Below are positions 13,401 through 21,300 of a stretch of DNA of 64,000 nt, one piece after another. The position numbers and the translations under genes are program-made. The notes beneath the pieces are model-generated. The model searched no databases and was not told the origin of the DNA. It worked only from the letters and a program-made list of their open reading frames with translations. The DNA comes from an uncultured virus (IMG/VR IMGVR_UViG_3300017724_000001) (taxonomy: Duplodnaviria > Heunggongvirae > Uroviricota > Caudoviricetes > Crassvirales): IMG/VR virus record IMGVR_UViG_3300017724_000001; one strand, given 5' to 3'. Numbering within the stretch: position 1 is the first letter of the stretch; every line of letters begins with the position of its first letter.

Positions 13401-16400
13401 CTAAACAAGGAGAGACGGTTTCTTTTAAACAAGCTGTGTCACTAGCTGTAGGTGTAACAAATGCATCTATTAGATCAGAAGTTAATAAAAGCTTAGAGCA
13501 AAGCTTTAAAGAATTTGATGATGTGATTACATCATTAAAAGCAAAAGATAATCTTTCTACGCAAGTATTAAACGGATTAACTATTGCATCTGGTGTTTCT
13601 AGAGGTGCTGTTGAATTATCACAACTTAAGTTAAATCTTACAAATGATTCAGCATATAACTTAAAACAAATATTTTTTAACAACTATATCAATTCTAAGT
13701 CAATGAATGATTTACTGCTTGGTGATCAAGCTGTATCTTTAAAAGACATGGTTGATAAAGTTAAAAGAGCAAAACTACAGAATGCTGCATACTATAGTGC
13801 CTATAGTGAAATTACGGATCTTAATAAAGGTATTACTCATTCTAGTACTAATTTTGATTTATATCCTTTCCAAGATCCAACAGCTAAGTCTGATTTTACA
13901 GGTAATGATATTGAATTAGCAGATGCTCAAGTTTATATTACTACAAAAGGTATAAGATATTCTACTTTTGCATTTGGTAGATTAAGTCCTGCAATGGCAA
14001 GTATGCTAGATAGCATTGATAAGGGTGAGTCTATAAATGCTGATAGAGCATGGGGTTCTGCTGAAAACTCTATTAATTTAGCAAAGCAACAGGACTTTAT
14101 AAACTCTAAGAAGTTTGTATATATGGATGGTAAAACTGCTTTAAAAATGTCAGTTACCGTTTTAACAAAAGAGTATACATCCAACTATAATCAAAAAACA
14201 GGTACGTGGGAGGCTAAACCTAACATGCAACAGCTTCATTATTTACGTGAACAAATGGAAGCTAATGAAGAAGCAAATAAAAACTTTGCAATGGCGGCTC
14301 CAGTTTCAGCAATAAAAATGCTAAAACAGGGGATTAATTTACTTGAGTCAAATGTATTTGATACAACACAAGATTTGCAATCTATTAATTTAGACACATC
14401 TTACTTGGGTCTTCAAGTTGTAAACCCTTCTAACAAGATTATAGTAACTGATATGAACCAAATCAAGGAGCTTATAACTTCTGAACAAAGTGATGATGTA
14501 GAAATTACTATAGAAGGAAGCCCTGAGTTAAATACTGTAGGAAAAGTAAGAGACGCATACAACAAAGCAGTAGGAGAAAGAGTAACTTTAAAATACAAAA
14601 ACAAAAGAAATTTAGTATTTAGTTTTGACACGGCACTTGATGAGTTAGAATTATCAAAAGAAAAAGGAGCCATTACCCCAAATCTTGCCGCATTTTTATT
14701 AGAAGCACAAAAAGGTCTTATGGCTTCAGGAGCTGCATCAAACTTACTTGAGTTCTTTGGAGTTGAAGATGGTGTTCAAAAGTATAATTTAAACAGTCCG
14801 GTAACAGCTAAAAAGTTTGAACAACTTTTCTTGACTTATTTTAGCAAAGGCACACTAAGAGAAAAAGTACCTGGTACTTCAGTTGCATTACTATCTTCAT
14901 TTGGTCATAAGGTTTATAGACGTGTATATGAAATGAAAAACGGTATGCCTATTAGATCTGAGATTGTAAGAGAAAGTTCTTATAATGGAGAGAGCCTAGA
15001 AAACATAAATGATCTTGTTGATGGTAAACATGATGGCATTCTTGTTCTTGATGTTCTTAGAACAGGGGTTATGGAATACCAAAATGATGATGTTGTAAAT
15101 GGGGAGCCTACAGGAGTAAGATATAGTGAAACTATTATGCCTCCTATGGATAGAAATGTAATGGAGTTAATTCAAGAAAATTCAAATGCTTCAATACCAG
15201 ATGCAGTAGCCAAGTTGTTTGGAGTACGTATACCAACACAAGATAAACATTCAGCTGTAAACATAAGAGTTGTTGATTTTATGCCTGTATATTATGGTTC
15301 AACAGCTATATTTCCAAAAGAACTTGTAGAAATATCAGGAGCGGATTTTGATATTGATAAAGTATATGCATTGGCAAAAGAGTACTATTTAGATAGCAAT
15401 AAAGAATTTAAAGCTTACGGTTCTGGTAATTCTTATTTTGAGTATATAAAGTACATGAATCAAAAAGCTTCTGAACCTAATAATATTTATAGTACATCAT
15501 CTTCTTTATACAAGGAGGAAACCTTGGCTATTAGAAGAGAAAACTCTTTGAGTGATTCTGAACAAAATAGAGTTACAGACAAACAAGGTGTAAACAGTAT
15601 ATCAGAAGAAGCTCTTAGAGCAATGTTAATATTGGGTCTTCCTGTTACTAAAAAACAATTTGAAGAATATTCTAAAAAGTTTGGATCACCTAACGAGGCG
15701 GTTTTAAACAATAACATTTTAGATTATAGATATGTATTAGCAGGTAATGTTGGTGTAACAGGTGAAACACTAAAGACTATTGATCAAGATGCTGGTGAAG
15801 GTAAATCTGATTTGCCTATTGCTTATCAAGCAGCTGACTTAAAAATATTAGAAGATTTATTTGATGAGCTTTCTAATGTTGAGGGTATAGAATTATTTGC
15901 AAGCAGAAAGGATTCTGATGTAGATATTGATACACTTCATGGAATGATAAAAGCCTTTGAAGCAAACAAAGGAGCTGCAATTGGTGCTATTGTTAAACCT
16001 AATTTAGCTTTAAGTTTATTGCGTGAGTACAATATTAAATTAGCTAGACCTATAAAATTTAATAATAATACATATGATGGGTTTACTAAAGACAAAATAA
16101 ATGGTGAAAGAATACAAGATATTATTTCTACTCTAGTAACAATGGAAACCGATAATGCTAAAGAACGTTTAATAGCAAAGTTTGGTCTTAATATTCATGC
16201 TGTTGGTTTAGTTGGTAATATGGTTTCATTGGGAATCCCATTAAGAACTTCAATTTTATTAGTAAATTCTGCTGAAATAAGAGACTTGTATGATCAAGCT
16301 TTAAATAAAGAGGACAAATTTGATGCAGGTTTAGATACTCTTTTAACAAAGCGTATTGCGTCTTTAGCATCATTAGTTGCTAAGGAAAAAGAAGGTGGTA

Positions 16401-18307
16401 ATAAACCGCCATTTGTAAAACTATCAGATGAGTTTTTAGAGACAGCTGTAGACAGCACTGAAGATTTAACTAATAATGAAAGACTTCAAATACTATTTTT
16501 ATTTGATAGACTTAATAACATTAAAAACTTTACAGGTAAAATAAATAAAGTAACAAGTCTTACTCAAGGTCTACCTAGTTCAATACCAGAAATGAAAGAT
16601 GCTATTGAAACAATTACTAGTTTGTTTGATAAGGAAGCACCTATGAATATCAGACCTATTTATGGTAAGAATAGCAAAACGTGGCAGAGTACTTATTTAG
16701 AAATATTTGGTCAAATACATAATGATCTTTTACCTAACACTATTTTAACTATGAGTCAGGACTTTAATGATATACTAGAGCCTACTTATAATCAAATGAA
16801 TGTTGACTCAAGAGGTTTTGATAATGTAGCAAAAAATGGTATTGAACAAGATCTATTATCTTATTTAACAATTAAGTCATACCAACATCTTCTTAATAAT
16901 AGCTCTGGTAATTCTTCTGTAGAAAACACATTGCTTTATCCTGGTCCTGTAGGTACAACTAACTTATCATTGATTAAAAAAATTGAAGACTTACAATTGC
17001 TAAGAGCTGAACAAGGTGCAGAGCCTAATTACTTCTTAGATAATTTTGTAGGTACTCAATATGCCGGAACTCAGGGTAATAACACAGGAATGAATTTAGT
17101 AAAAGCGGATACATGGAGAAGACTTAATGCATCTAATAAACTTGATTTACAAACATCCTTTGCAAAACTATATGGTTCACTTGAGACAAGAGAAATAGCT
17201 GAAGACATTCTGCATTACATGATGGTTAAAGATGGATTGCAGCTTAAGTATGGAAGTCTTATGAGTGCAATGAGTCCTTTTATTATGAATAAATATCTTA
17301 AGAATGTTGGTTCTGTAGAAGCTGCACTTAAAGGACAAGTAGAATTTGAAAGTGTCTTTGGTATCTCTAAAGAAGAAGTGATGAAAGATTTTAAATATGG
17401 ATACTTACAATCTAATGTTGTAGGACCATTGCTTGTCACTTATGATGCTTCTAGTCTTGATGAAGGCTTTACTTTTGACCCAGTTTCTAGACCTAATAAG
17501 TTTACTATTACTTCTGAGAGTTTTGAACATGTAAATGCAAAAGAGTTTGTAAGGGTTAAAGTTGAAAGACAAGGTAGAGATTTCTATGTTTTGTTTAGAT
17601 TGCTTGCTAAAGATAACCCTAATGCAAGGGTAACTGAATACTTAGAAGTTCCTTCTATGGGTTCTAATCAACAATTTGGTGGTGGTTTTGTAGGAGGACC
17701 TAGACTTACATATGATCAAGCAAGAAATGTAGGCAAAGGAACTACACAAAATAGTTTACCTCAAGATAGAGCTGCACAACTAGAACAACCAGCACAACAA
17801 ACTAGTGAGGTTGAGTATCCTGTTGATACTAATCTTGGAGCTATACTAGAAGTTAATGAAGTATTAAACTCTGACTCAGCAATAGTTAATCAAACTACAG
17901 ATTCTGTAACAGTTAAAGCAGATATAGATGCAGCAGAAACAAATATATCTGATATGGCAAAAATAATGGCTGAGTTGTCTGCTAACACAGATAGTGCTAT
18001 ATTTGATGAGACAGGAAATGCTATTATAGAAGATACTGATATGAGCATTCCAGAAGCTACAGAACTTGAACAACAAGAGCAAGAACAACTAGAACTTGAT
18101 CTTTTTGCTTCAGAAGAAATTTCAGAAGCCTCAAGTTTAGTAGAATGGTGGGATGCAAATGTAGAAGGTAATAGTGCTGCTTTAGAAAAGCTTTCTGGAG
18201 AAAATATAAAAACACTTGATGATGCAATAGCTTTATACGGTGATTTATTTTCACAAACAGAAGAGGGAGAACAAGAAATAATTGAGAGACTTAAATGTCT
18301 TATATAA
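4484..18307 (+). CDS. Giant virion-associated DNA-dependent RNA polymerase polyprotein (4607 aa) with N-terminal hydrophobic segments and a zincin metallopeptidase motif
   Basis: GADFDIDK catalytic loop (DFDID at 15344-15358) is preceded by GVRIPTQ, as in phi14:2 gp66-type RNAPs. HEAFH (10886-10900) is followed by EEYMADEF. Gly/Ala-rich hydrophobic stretches occur in the first ~600 aa. Confidence 0.9.
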   Translation: MENESNKPLQQEIRNQERPAPSIIPEGQFRFEPMAEMFETPEENFNDYLLSSSLAADDISGVNEYKADIDKYGIGAMASLGVGVPSFATDTYNPITQDIPKENDYTKVKNVLTLDPKPFVDSKITPVFSGMRQGQFLRYYNHPEFDKLGYTPYSNMENFYNANSTIWDDMTRMKGQWMSLAGTGLNSVYEFATGGDYLAPDFETATEFEDTMGIASSTRGGAGAFFNNLAANSAYTFGILGSIAIEEIILAGVSGLSGGTLAPAAGAKTVANVAKAGKAIYSFSKLFDRTRKILQKAKQLETARDFYNASVTGGKMVLNTLGKGFTPNTVKAFQNMKTAQNAGQNMTNLAKMSSGFGGFYRDLRAVNLAMAESKLESGMVYNKVLKQGLTDANNFSGGQGITDGRDVSNAANQAAFKTLLGNAPLIYASNWFVIGNAMGGFQRGIQRTLGSTFQKGINKNIVNTAGKKVINGAGEVIKSPFKYVSGGFKNTLAKVKAGGFKGIVGSGGIAMLDYFAANVAEGIQEIGQEAISAATVGYYTEVLNNPAQGGEALKNQMILSAMGDQFSSEGAGVFLSGFLMGGLVQGPQKLFFQGIPSIYNYGLQEAGIGLATKSQKEAYAEYKTNRENMINKVVESYNKSWDAQAIDPSSLFDVNRLNFMIQKEAAENIKGALDIFNFVDSADRAKFQQYYTMFAGNGSQHFKDQLKGFLELTDEELAQAFPGVSNKDKKDGKLRGRINDMLVGIDKMEESYNLNKDKYKNPFNKNKFNPKTQQREYIREMLNEEAYEHVRYLYMFTNDGFTRALERADSIYTKLQSDPLFDKMSANDITNLLDEKSIQNEIDMLNLEIIATEGSDKGIGESNKTKKEKIKRLKAIQKIITDPKNRFKNGTFKRNKLLKGKLRTEFRNYVRFMASAAGTFADESKIDAALEQIVDYGALKGRARVYDKAIQYMQNPEKFSEIQQRQYEVNKEIYNQRSKITEAMLKQYVSIVEANELINQLGKMGVYPAISQTKMFLETGNVTFLQDFYDDNGKVVPEVHSVLFKQIQSHLNVYKETRAESTQPEEVKTEEEISIEESEETRSALDMLLDKAGIDIKIDVSVNSPLLVNALKRSYNKYRAKQARLGQPILDSTEWMNTAEAVNIRNVVNAIKKVWASGKPEVNVEGILEFINPLEKDVIKNDTGFEEFLQDPEVLINNPVITSILNQSGVEMSDIVESKDVSLEEGQALEDTPQRVFYKEGVTADIYKISVVDNQTGEIVEMYKLLDKKGNELSDDILDFIDTNFKSVQGVFLSGQGKTAKQALESLNANLVDSTTPFSFDGVDGLTYGQIVYKDGVKYIVVQDPRFSKKYGENQKLKVIKESDNTGPISERKFLFIPQGEFNGKFTLEETTFNLIPDTVTKIQLKDLTSFYPHVNYTEGGVGTDNAKAIERYNAILSLLSPEEIAGLQLVVMRTSDGGNNTGAYVAKNRDGEIYKEANPLIDRLVSKYVIGIRAATSDLRDSINIKLVEMGIEPSNSEEGIFAYINNESFLIRDQRTNSPIDPRSMTREQASNVILAEKGLNKEQKAEALEKVHRAFAINALIVQTFDNLNIGSEPSYFMADSKELPFNINLVAGGGQVAYAKSRETVYPISMDALQYNTADQEGNLFVFDLKYDKETGKRIYDFTTNLKGKEREALEEAIEQQLRMQNQWDNLLDAGKGTDRYLAMVRLPNGTYAKVNLKPVEYTNTELQELYVDVVEAAKRIGAIKDSEKSMEEAAKYNAELNERLFLSSYSGNLIELNVGPDGSIFISLDNTSTKTSLNVGLKPEQVEAKESAKDVFEDLLAKYNQDKTVDDLNAGLKNKNFRKSFATGVSPDVIYENSTTEVLPQVVKNQTAEVSASSDSIQLSRDIAYIPNTDKSNELEMESAVGRDRPTSAEAEDSVSDMEEAEFDKMVDDVSNNNFGEYQENIDHISNAILRGIELTEREKELMKDSNFKQLVNLMVIKGGGAGALAVEKSEKETTLDSVKNELSALKQKLEEGLTTKKDKIKAIKESKEYQDLLAKRKKLERGANKLVQATSEVERIEDYNEFLDWANDNLPDIIGVEDLLVLADNGISKGYERVGSFVLNLDRVANGVDVNGIIYTSPLSPYKYHEAFHSIFRTVLTQGQIDRYRSIAKKELKAKYGSKYKIELEKFKNSAEQYKEMSQLELENEFAEEYMADEFDAFKMNPRSSKIDTEIKSFFTKLIEWIKAVFSKYSSTELLTLYENIDSGKFKNAPVQLNEFTQLDDSLSGAFSIANALVRYDTASKAVENGEPAGELYVDSDVIDPLIRSMAGMFINRVNELSLTEKSYNPTKVYNDLETDFMIMLDPEGEANKGFSGTKKAYLEQIDMAFINYPEDIKKEVFALINVISDMDQANQLKIENVEETSGIRSTSDFNKDAAEIGGFNSLSYKVRSYIATTTMVDTDFFGKTELTEGEALIVPVKFQEAYTSLLKSVSNESDPVVMLKRMYAYSRLNPQGKAVVDKLFNDTGLTIEGLTSEQPFKDVKDGSLLISILKGFENYKVDYLFNERDGNGNLLVYTASERDDINAQLDEWAQAYITKRKLAAANPKRLKQFLSLTKDMKEAMTSYPESTSLAYQMSREFSQRMFDLIGIRLSPNYIAYSIAKSKTEADLKNSPELKALSDGYTEEPITNDLLDQLYSGFSTNANIYSTKQDGMASRLTKLSISNAAFDETIGSSTFINPNGDIVYAHQLPTYHLKSIGSLNNRSKIEQLKSEDFLSNNYLLNSEAFLNLSDQNRLKVIRVAGSKIKEQITNAENDQAVEDILNESISKNKSTQSFGEFTPQEFAIAIINNYVSNFNRRTGRVETVEGKGGQQVAMAPVFLRVMEAANTGDLTSLPVIKAVTEVNGNVVLTPEAINVFINSIEAEFNRISKETLAFENAPGDIQGFNNEKSDRSDKGRAFKFTNNGLLLSESTKKALIQVAIDKAKQGETVSFKQAVSLAVGVTNASIRSEVNKSLEQSFKEFDDVITSLKAKDNLSTQVLNGLTIASGVSRGAVELSQLKLNLTNDSAYNLKQIFFNNYINSKSMNDLLLGDQAVSLKDMVDKVKRAKLQNAAYYSAYSEITDLNKGITHSSTNFDLYPFQDPTAKSDFTGNDIELADAQVYITTKGIRYSTFAFGRLSPAMASMLDSIDKGESINADRAWGSAENSINLAKQQDFINSKKFVYMDGKTALKMSVTVLTKEYTSNYNQKTGTWEAKPNMQQLHYLREQMEANEEANKNFAMAAPVSAIKMLKQGINLLESNVFDTTQDLQSINLDTSYLGLQVVNPSNKIIVTDMNQIKELITSEQSDDVEITIEGSPELNTVGKVRDAYNKAVGERVTLKYKNKRNLVFSFDTALDELELSKEKGAITPNLAAFLLEAQKGLMASGAASNLLEFFGVEDGVQKYNLNSPVTAKKFEQLFLTYFSKGTLREKVPGTSVALLSSFGHKVYRRVYEMKNGMPIRSEIVRESSYNGESLENINDLVDGKHDGILVLDVLRTGVMEYQNDDVVNGEPTGVRYSETIMPPMDRNVMELIQENSNASIPDAVAKLFGVRIPTQDKHSAVNIRVVDFMPVYYGSTAIFPKELVEISGADFDIDKVYALAKEYYLDSNKEFKAYGSGNSYFEYIKYMNQKASEPNNIYSTSSSLYKEETLAIRRENSLSDSEQNRVTDKQGVNSISEEALRAMLILGLPVTKKQFEEYSKKFGSPNEAVLNNNILDYRYVLAGNVGVTGETLKTIDQDAGEGKSDLPIAYQAADLKILEDLFDELSNVEGIELFASRKDSDVDIDTLHGMIKAFEANKGAAIGAIVKPNLALSLLREYNIKLARPIKFNNNTYDGFTKDKINGERIQDIISTLVTMETDNAKERLIAKFGLNIHAVGLVGNMVSLGIPLRTSILLVNSAEIRDLYDQALNKEDKFDAGLDTLLTKRIASLASLVAKEKEGGNKPPFVKLSDEFLETAVDSTEDLTNNERLQILFLFDRLNNIKNFTGKINKVTSLTQGLPSSIPEMKDAIETITSLFDKEAPMNIRPIYGKNSKTWQSTYLEIFGQIHNDLLPNTILTMSQDFNDILEPTYNQMNVDSRGFDNVAKNGIEQDLLSYLTIKSYQHLLNNSSGNSSVENTLLYPGPVGTTNLSLIKKIEDLQLLRAEQGAEPNYFLDNFVGTQYAGTQGNNTGMNLVKADTWRRLNASNKLDLQTSFAKLYGSLETREIAEDILHYMMVKDGLQLKYGSLMSAMSPFIMNKYLKNVGSVEAALKGQVEFESVFGISKEEVMKDFKYGYLQSNVVGPLLVTYDASSLDEGFTFDPVSRPNKFTITSESFEHVNAKEFVRVKVERQGRDFYVLFRLLAKDNPNARVTEYLEVPSMGSNQQFGGGFVGGPRLTYDQARNVGKGTTQNSLPQDRAAQLEQPAQQTSEVEYPVDTNLGAILEVNEVLNSDSAIVNQTTDSVTVKADIDAAETNISDMAKIMAELSANTDSAIFDETGNAIIEDTDMSIPEATELEQQEQEQLELDLFASEEISEASSLVEWWDANVEGNSAALEKLSGENIKTLDDAIALYGDLFSQTEEGEQEIIERLKCLI

Positions 18308-18322
18308 TTAAACAATAATCAA

Positions 18323-21300
18323 ATGGCTAAATGTTATAATAGAAATGATCCGGGATACCAAGCATTAAAGGATGAATATGGTACTGATATCAAAACATCT
18401 AAGGTTATTAGTGACTGGCAACGTGTTAATGATTCTGATGCGTTTCCTAGTGTTGTCCAAGCTCTGACTATGGTTAAAGACCAAGATATTGCATTCTCAT
18501 TAAAAAGAAAAGCATTTGGAGAAAGCGTGCTCAATAATTTAAGAAGAGAAAGAATAGGTAGCAATTTAGCAGGGCAGTTTTTAATTAATAATTCAAATCC
18601 TCAGACATTATCATATGATGAAGCTTTTTTACAAAGTAATCTAAAAAGGTTTTACAGATACTTAGAAATTAATAACATACCAAAAGATTCATTTACAGTA
18701 ACAAGAACGCCAAAAAGCTATAAGATTGAACCTATTAATGATATGTTCTCTGCTAGAGATATACTTGAAAGTTCAAGATCATGGGACACCAATAGATCAA
18801 GAGCGGTTGTTATGCATCTTAAGAGAATGTTTCCGCAGATACAAGTTAAAATGTTATCTGTTGCACAAGCAAGAGTAATGTATGAATCATTACCAAAAAC
18901 TAAAACCAATAATGTTCCTTTTAATGAGATAAATTCTTTTTATATGGATGGTGTAGCTTACTTAATAAAAGGTAGGGTTACAGATGAAATAGCAATTGAA
19001 GAAATGCTGCATCCTTTTATAGATGCAGTAAAGATGGAGAATGAAGAATTATTTAACTCACTTCTTGATGAAGCAGTAAATAATTTTCCAGAACTATCAG
19101 CAGAAATTGAAGATGCTTACAATAGTAGCACAAGAAACTTTACAGATACAGAAAGAGATCTTGAAATTGTAACACAAGCATTATCAAGACACTTCAAAAA
19201 AGAATATGAAACAACACCTACAAAAGGATTCTTAGCAAAAGTTAAAGAACTTCTTGAGTGGTTTAAAGGAGTAATTGAAAACCTTAATAAATATATTACT
19301 GGTAGAGAGTTACCTGTATCTGCTATTAAACCGGGTACAAGTCTAAGTGATATTGCTAAACTACTTAATACAGAGGGTATTCAGTTTAAACTAGAAAAAA
19401 GAGTTGATGGTAAATTAAGATATAGTTTATCACCATCTAAAGAAATACAAGTCAAAGATGCACTAGAAAGAGCTAATGATACGCAGAAGCCTATTATAAT
19501 GCAGCTATTTAATGTAGCACAGAGTGAAAACTCTGGTCTTGTTGATTCTCTGTCAGCGTCAGTAAAAGATGCAGCTGCTGGAGATTCAATTGTAACACTT
19601 AATAAAGAAGATCATACATACATAAATTCTAATGATTCTGATAAAGTATATACATCAGTAACCACAGCTATAAAAGGAAAACTTTCACCAGATAAACAAG
19701 TTGCTCATAAGATTAACTTGGATATTGGTAATGAGGTTGACACACTATTAGATGGTGTTATTGCTAACCTTTCTTTTGAAGATGCATATGCTGCACTAGA
19801 GACAAATAACATATCTAAAGATAAAGCTAAAGATACTTTTGATACTCTTGCTAGTATTATGGATAGTTTAAAAATGAAAGGTGCAATTGTGTTATCTCAA
19901 GTTGTTTTGTTTGATGAAGCTTCTAAGATGGCGGGTACTGCAGATGTATTTATTATAGATCAACATGGTAGAATTAACATCATGGATCTTAAGACTACAA
20001 AAAATGAGTTAAGTAAAGAGGTAGCTTTAAATGATAAAAAAGGAAAGCGTGTAGGAAATCAATATAAAGAAAGATTTTACGCCTTAGAACAAGACTCAGT
20101 GTTATATCAACAAGGATTAGCAAAAGAATTATCAACAGAGCAACAGCATAACTTACAAGTTAATGTTTATAGAAGAATGGCTGAAAATATGGGGTATGAA
20201 GTATCTTATGATGAATGGGCCACCTCTACAATACACTTTAAAGTTGGTATAGAAGGAACAGGATCTGATCAAGTGTTTGATGGATCAATTGAATTTGATA
20301 GATGGGTTCCTCATCCTGTAAGTCAAAATCTTAATTTAGTAGATGCTCTTGTACCAGAAGTAAGAAACTCCTATCAAAAAAGTAAATTAGAAAAAGATCA
20401 AGAAGGTTCATACAATAAAATATGGAATGGTAAGGACCAGAAAGAGGAAACAACTGAAGATGATAAAAAAGCAGCAGAAAACTATGATGAATATAATGCT
20501 GCAGCTGGTTTACTAGATACATATCAGAAAGCACTTATTGAAAAAAGGGATATGATTCCTTTGTTGAAGTCTAATATATATATGGAATCAACAAAAGAAA
20601 ATGAAATTGATCAAATATCTAAAACAATAGCATATATAAACTTAGCTATGGCTGGTAATGTTAAAGGCCAATCAAAAGCTTTGTCTGAAGTTTTGCTTGA
20701 TGCTTTATCTCAAATAAAAGATTTTAGAGCTTATGTAGAAAATCCTAAGAATATAAATTCTCCTGAATATGTTTCTTATGTTTTAAACTTTGATAAGTAT
20801 ATGAAAACATTTGAAGGGCTTTTTATACTTAAAGATTTAAAAGGTTTAAATAATACTCAAAAGAATTTAATTTTATCATTACAACAACAACTTAATTTAC
20901 TTAGTGGTGCTGGTACTGACACAGGAGGAATAGTAGGTGAAGCACTAAAAGACTATGTTAAAGAAATGGTGAGGCTAAAATCAAATAGAGATTTTGGTGG
21001 TGAAAATAGTTTATATACTGAAAAAGACTTAGAGCTTTTGATGGAAAAAGCTGCAGATATCAGTGACACTGAATATCAAACTAAAGATATGGCAACATCT
21101 CCAGATGTACTATTGGCTACAATGGATAAAATAAGAAAAGCCCAAAATCAAAAGCTATTAGATCTTGTAGCTCAAAGAGAAAACCTTATAAGAAAGGCTG
21201 GACAAAAGCTTGCAAAGTTATCTCCTGAATTAAAACTTGACGAGTTATATGAATTCATGTTAGAGTATGATGCAGACGGTACTTTTAATGGTAGATATGT

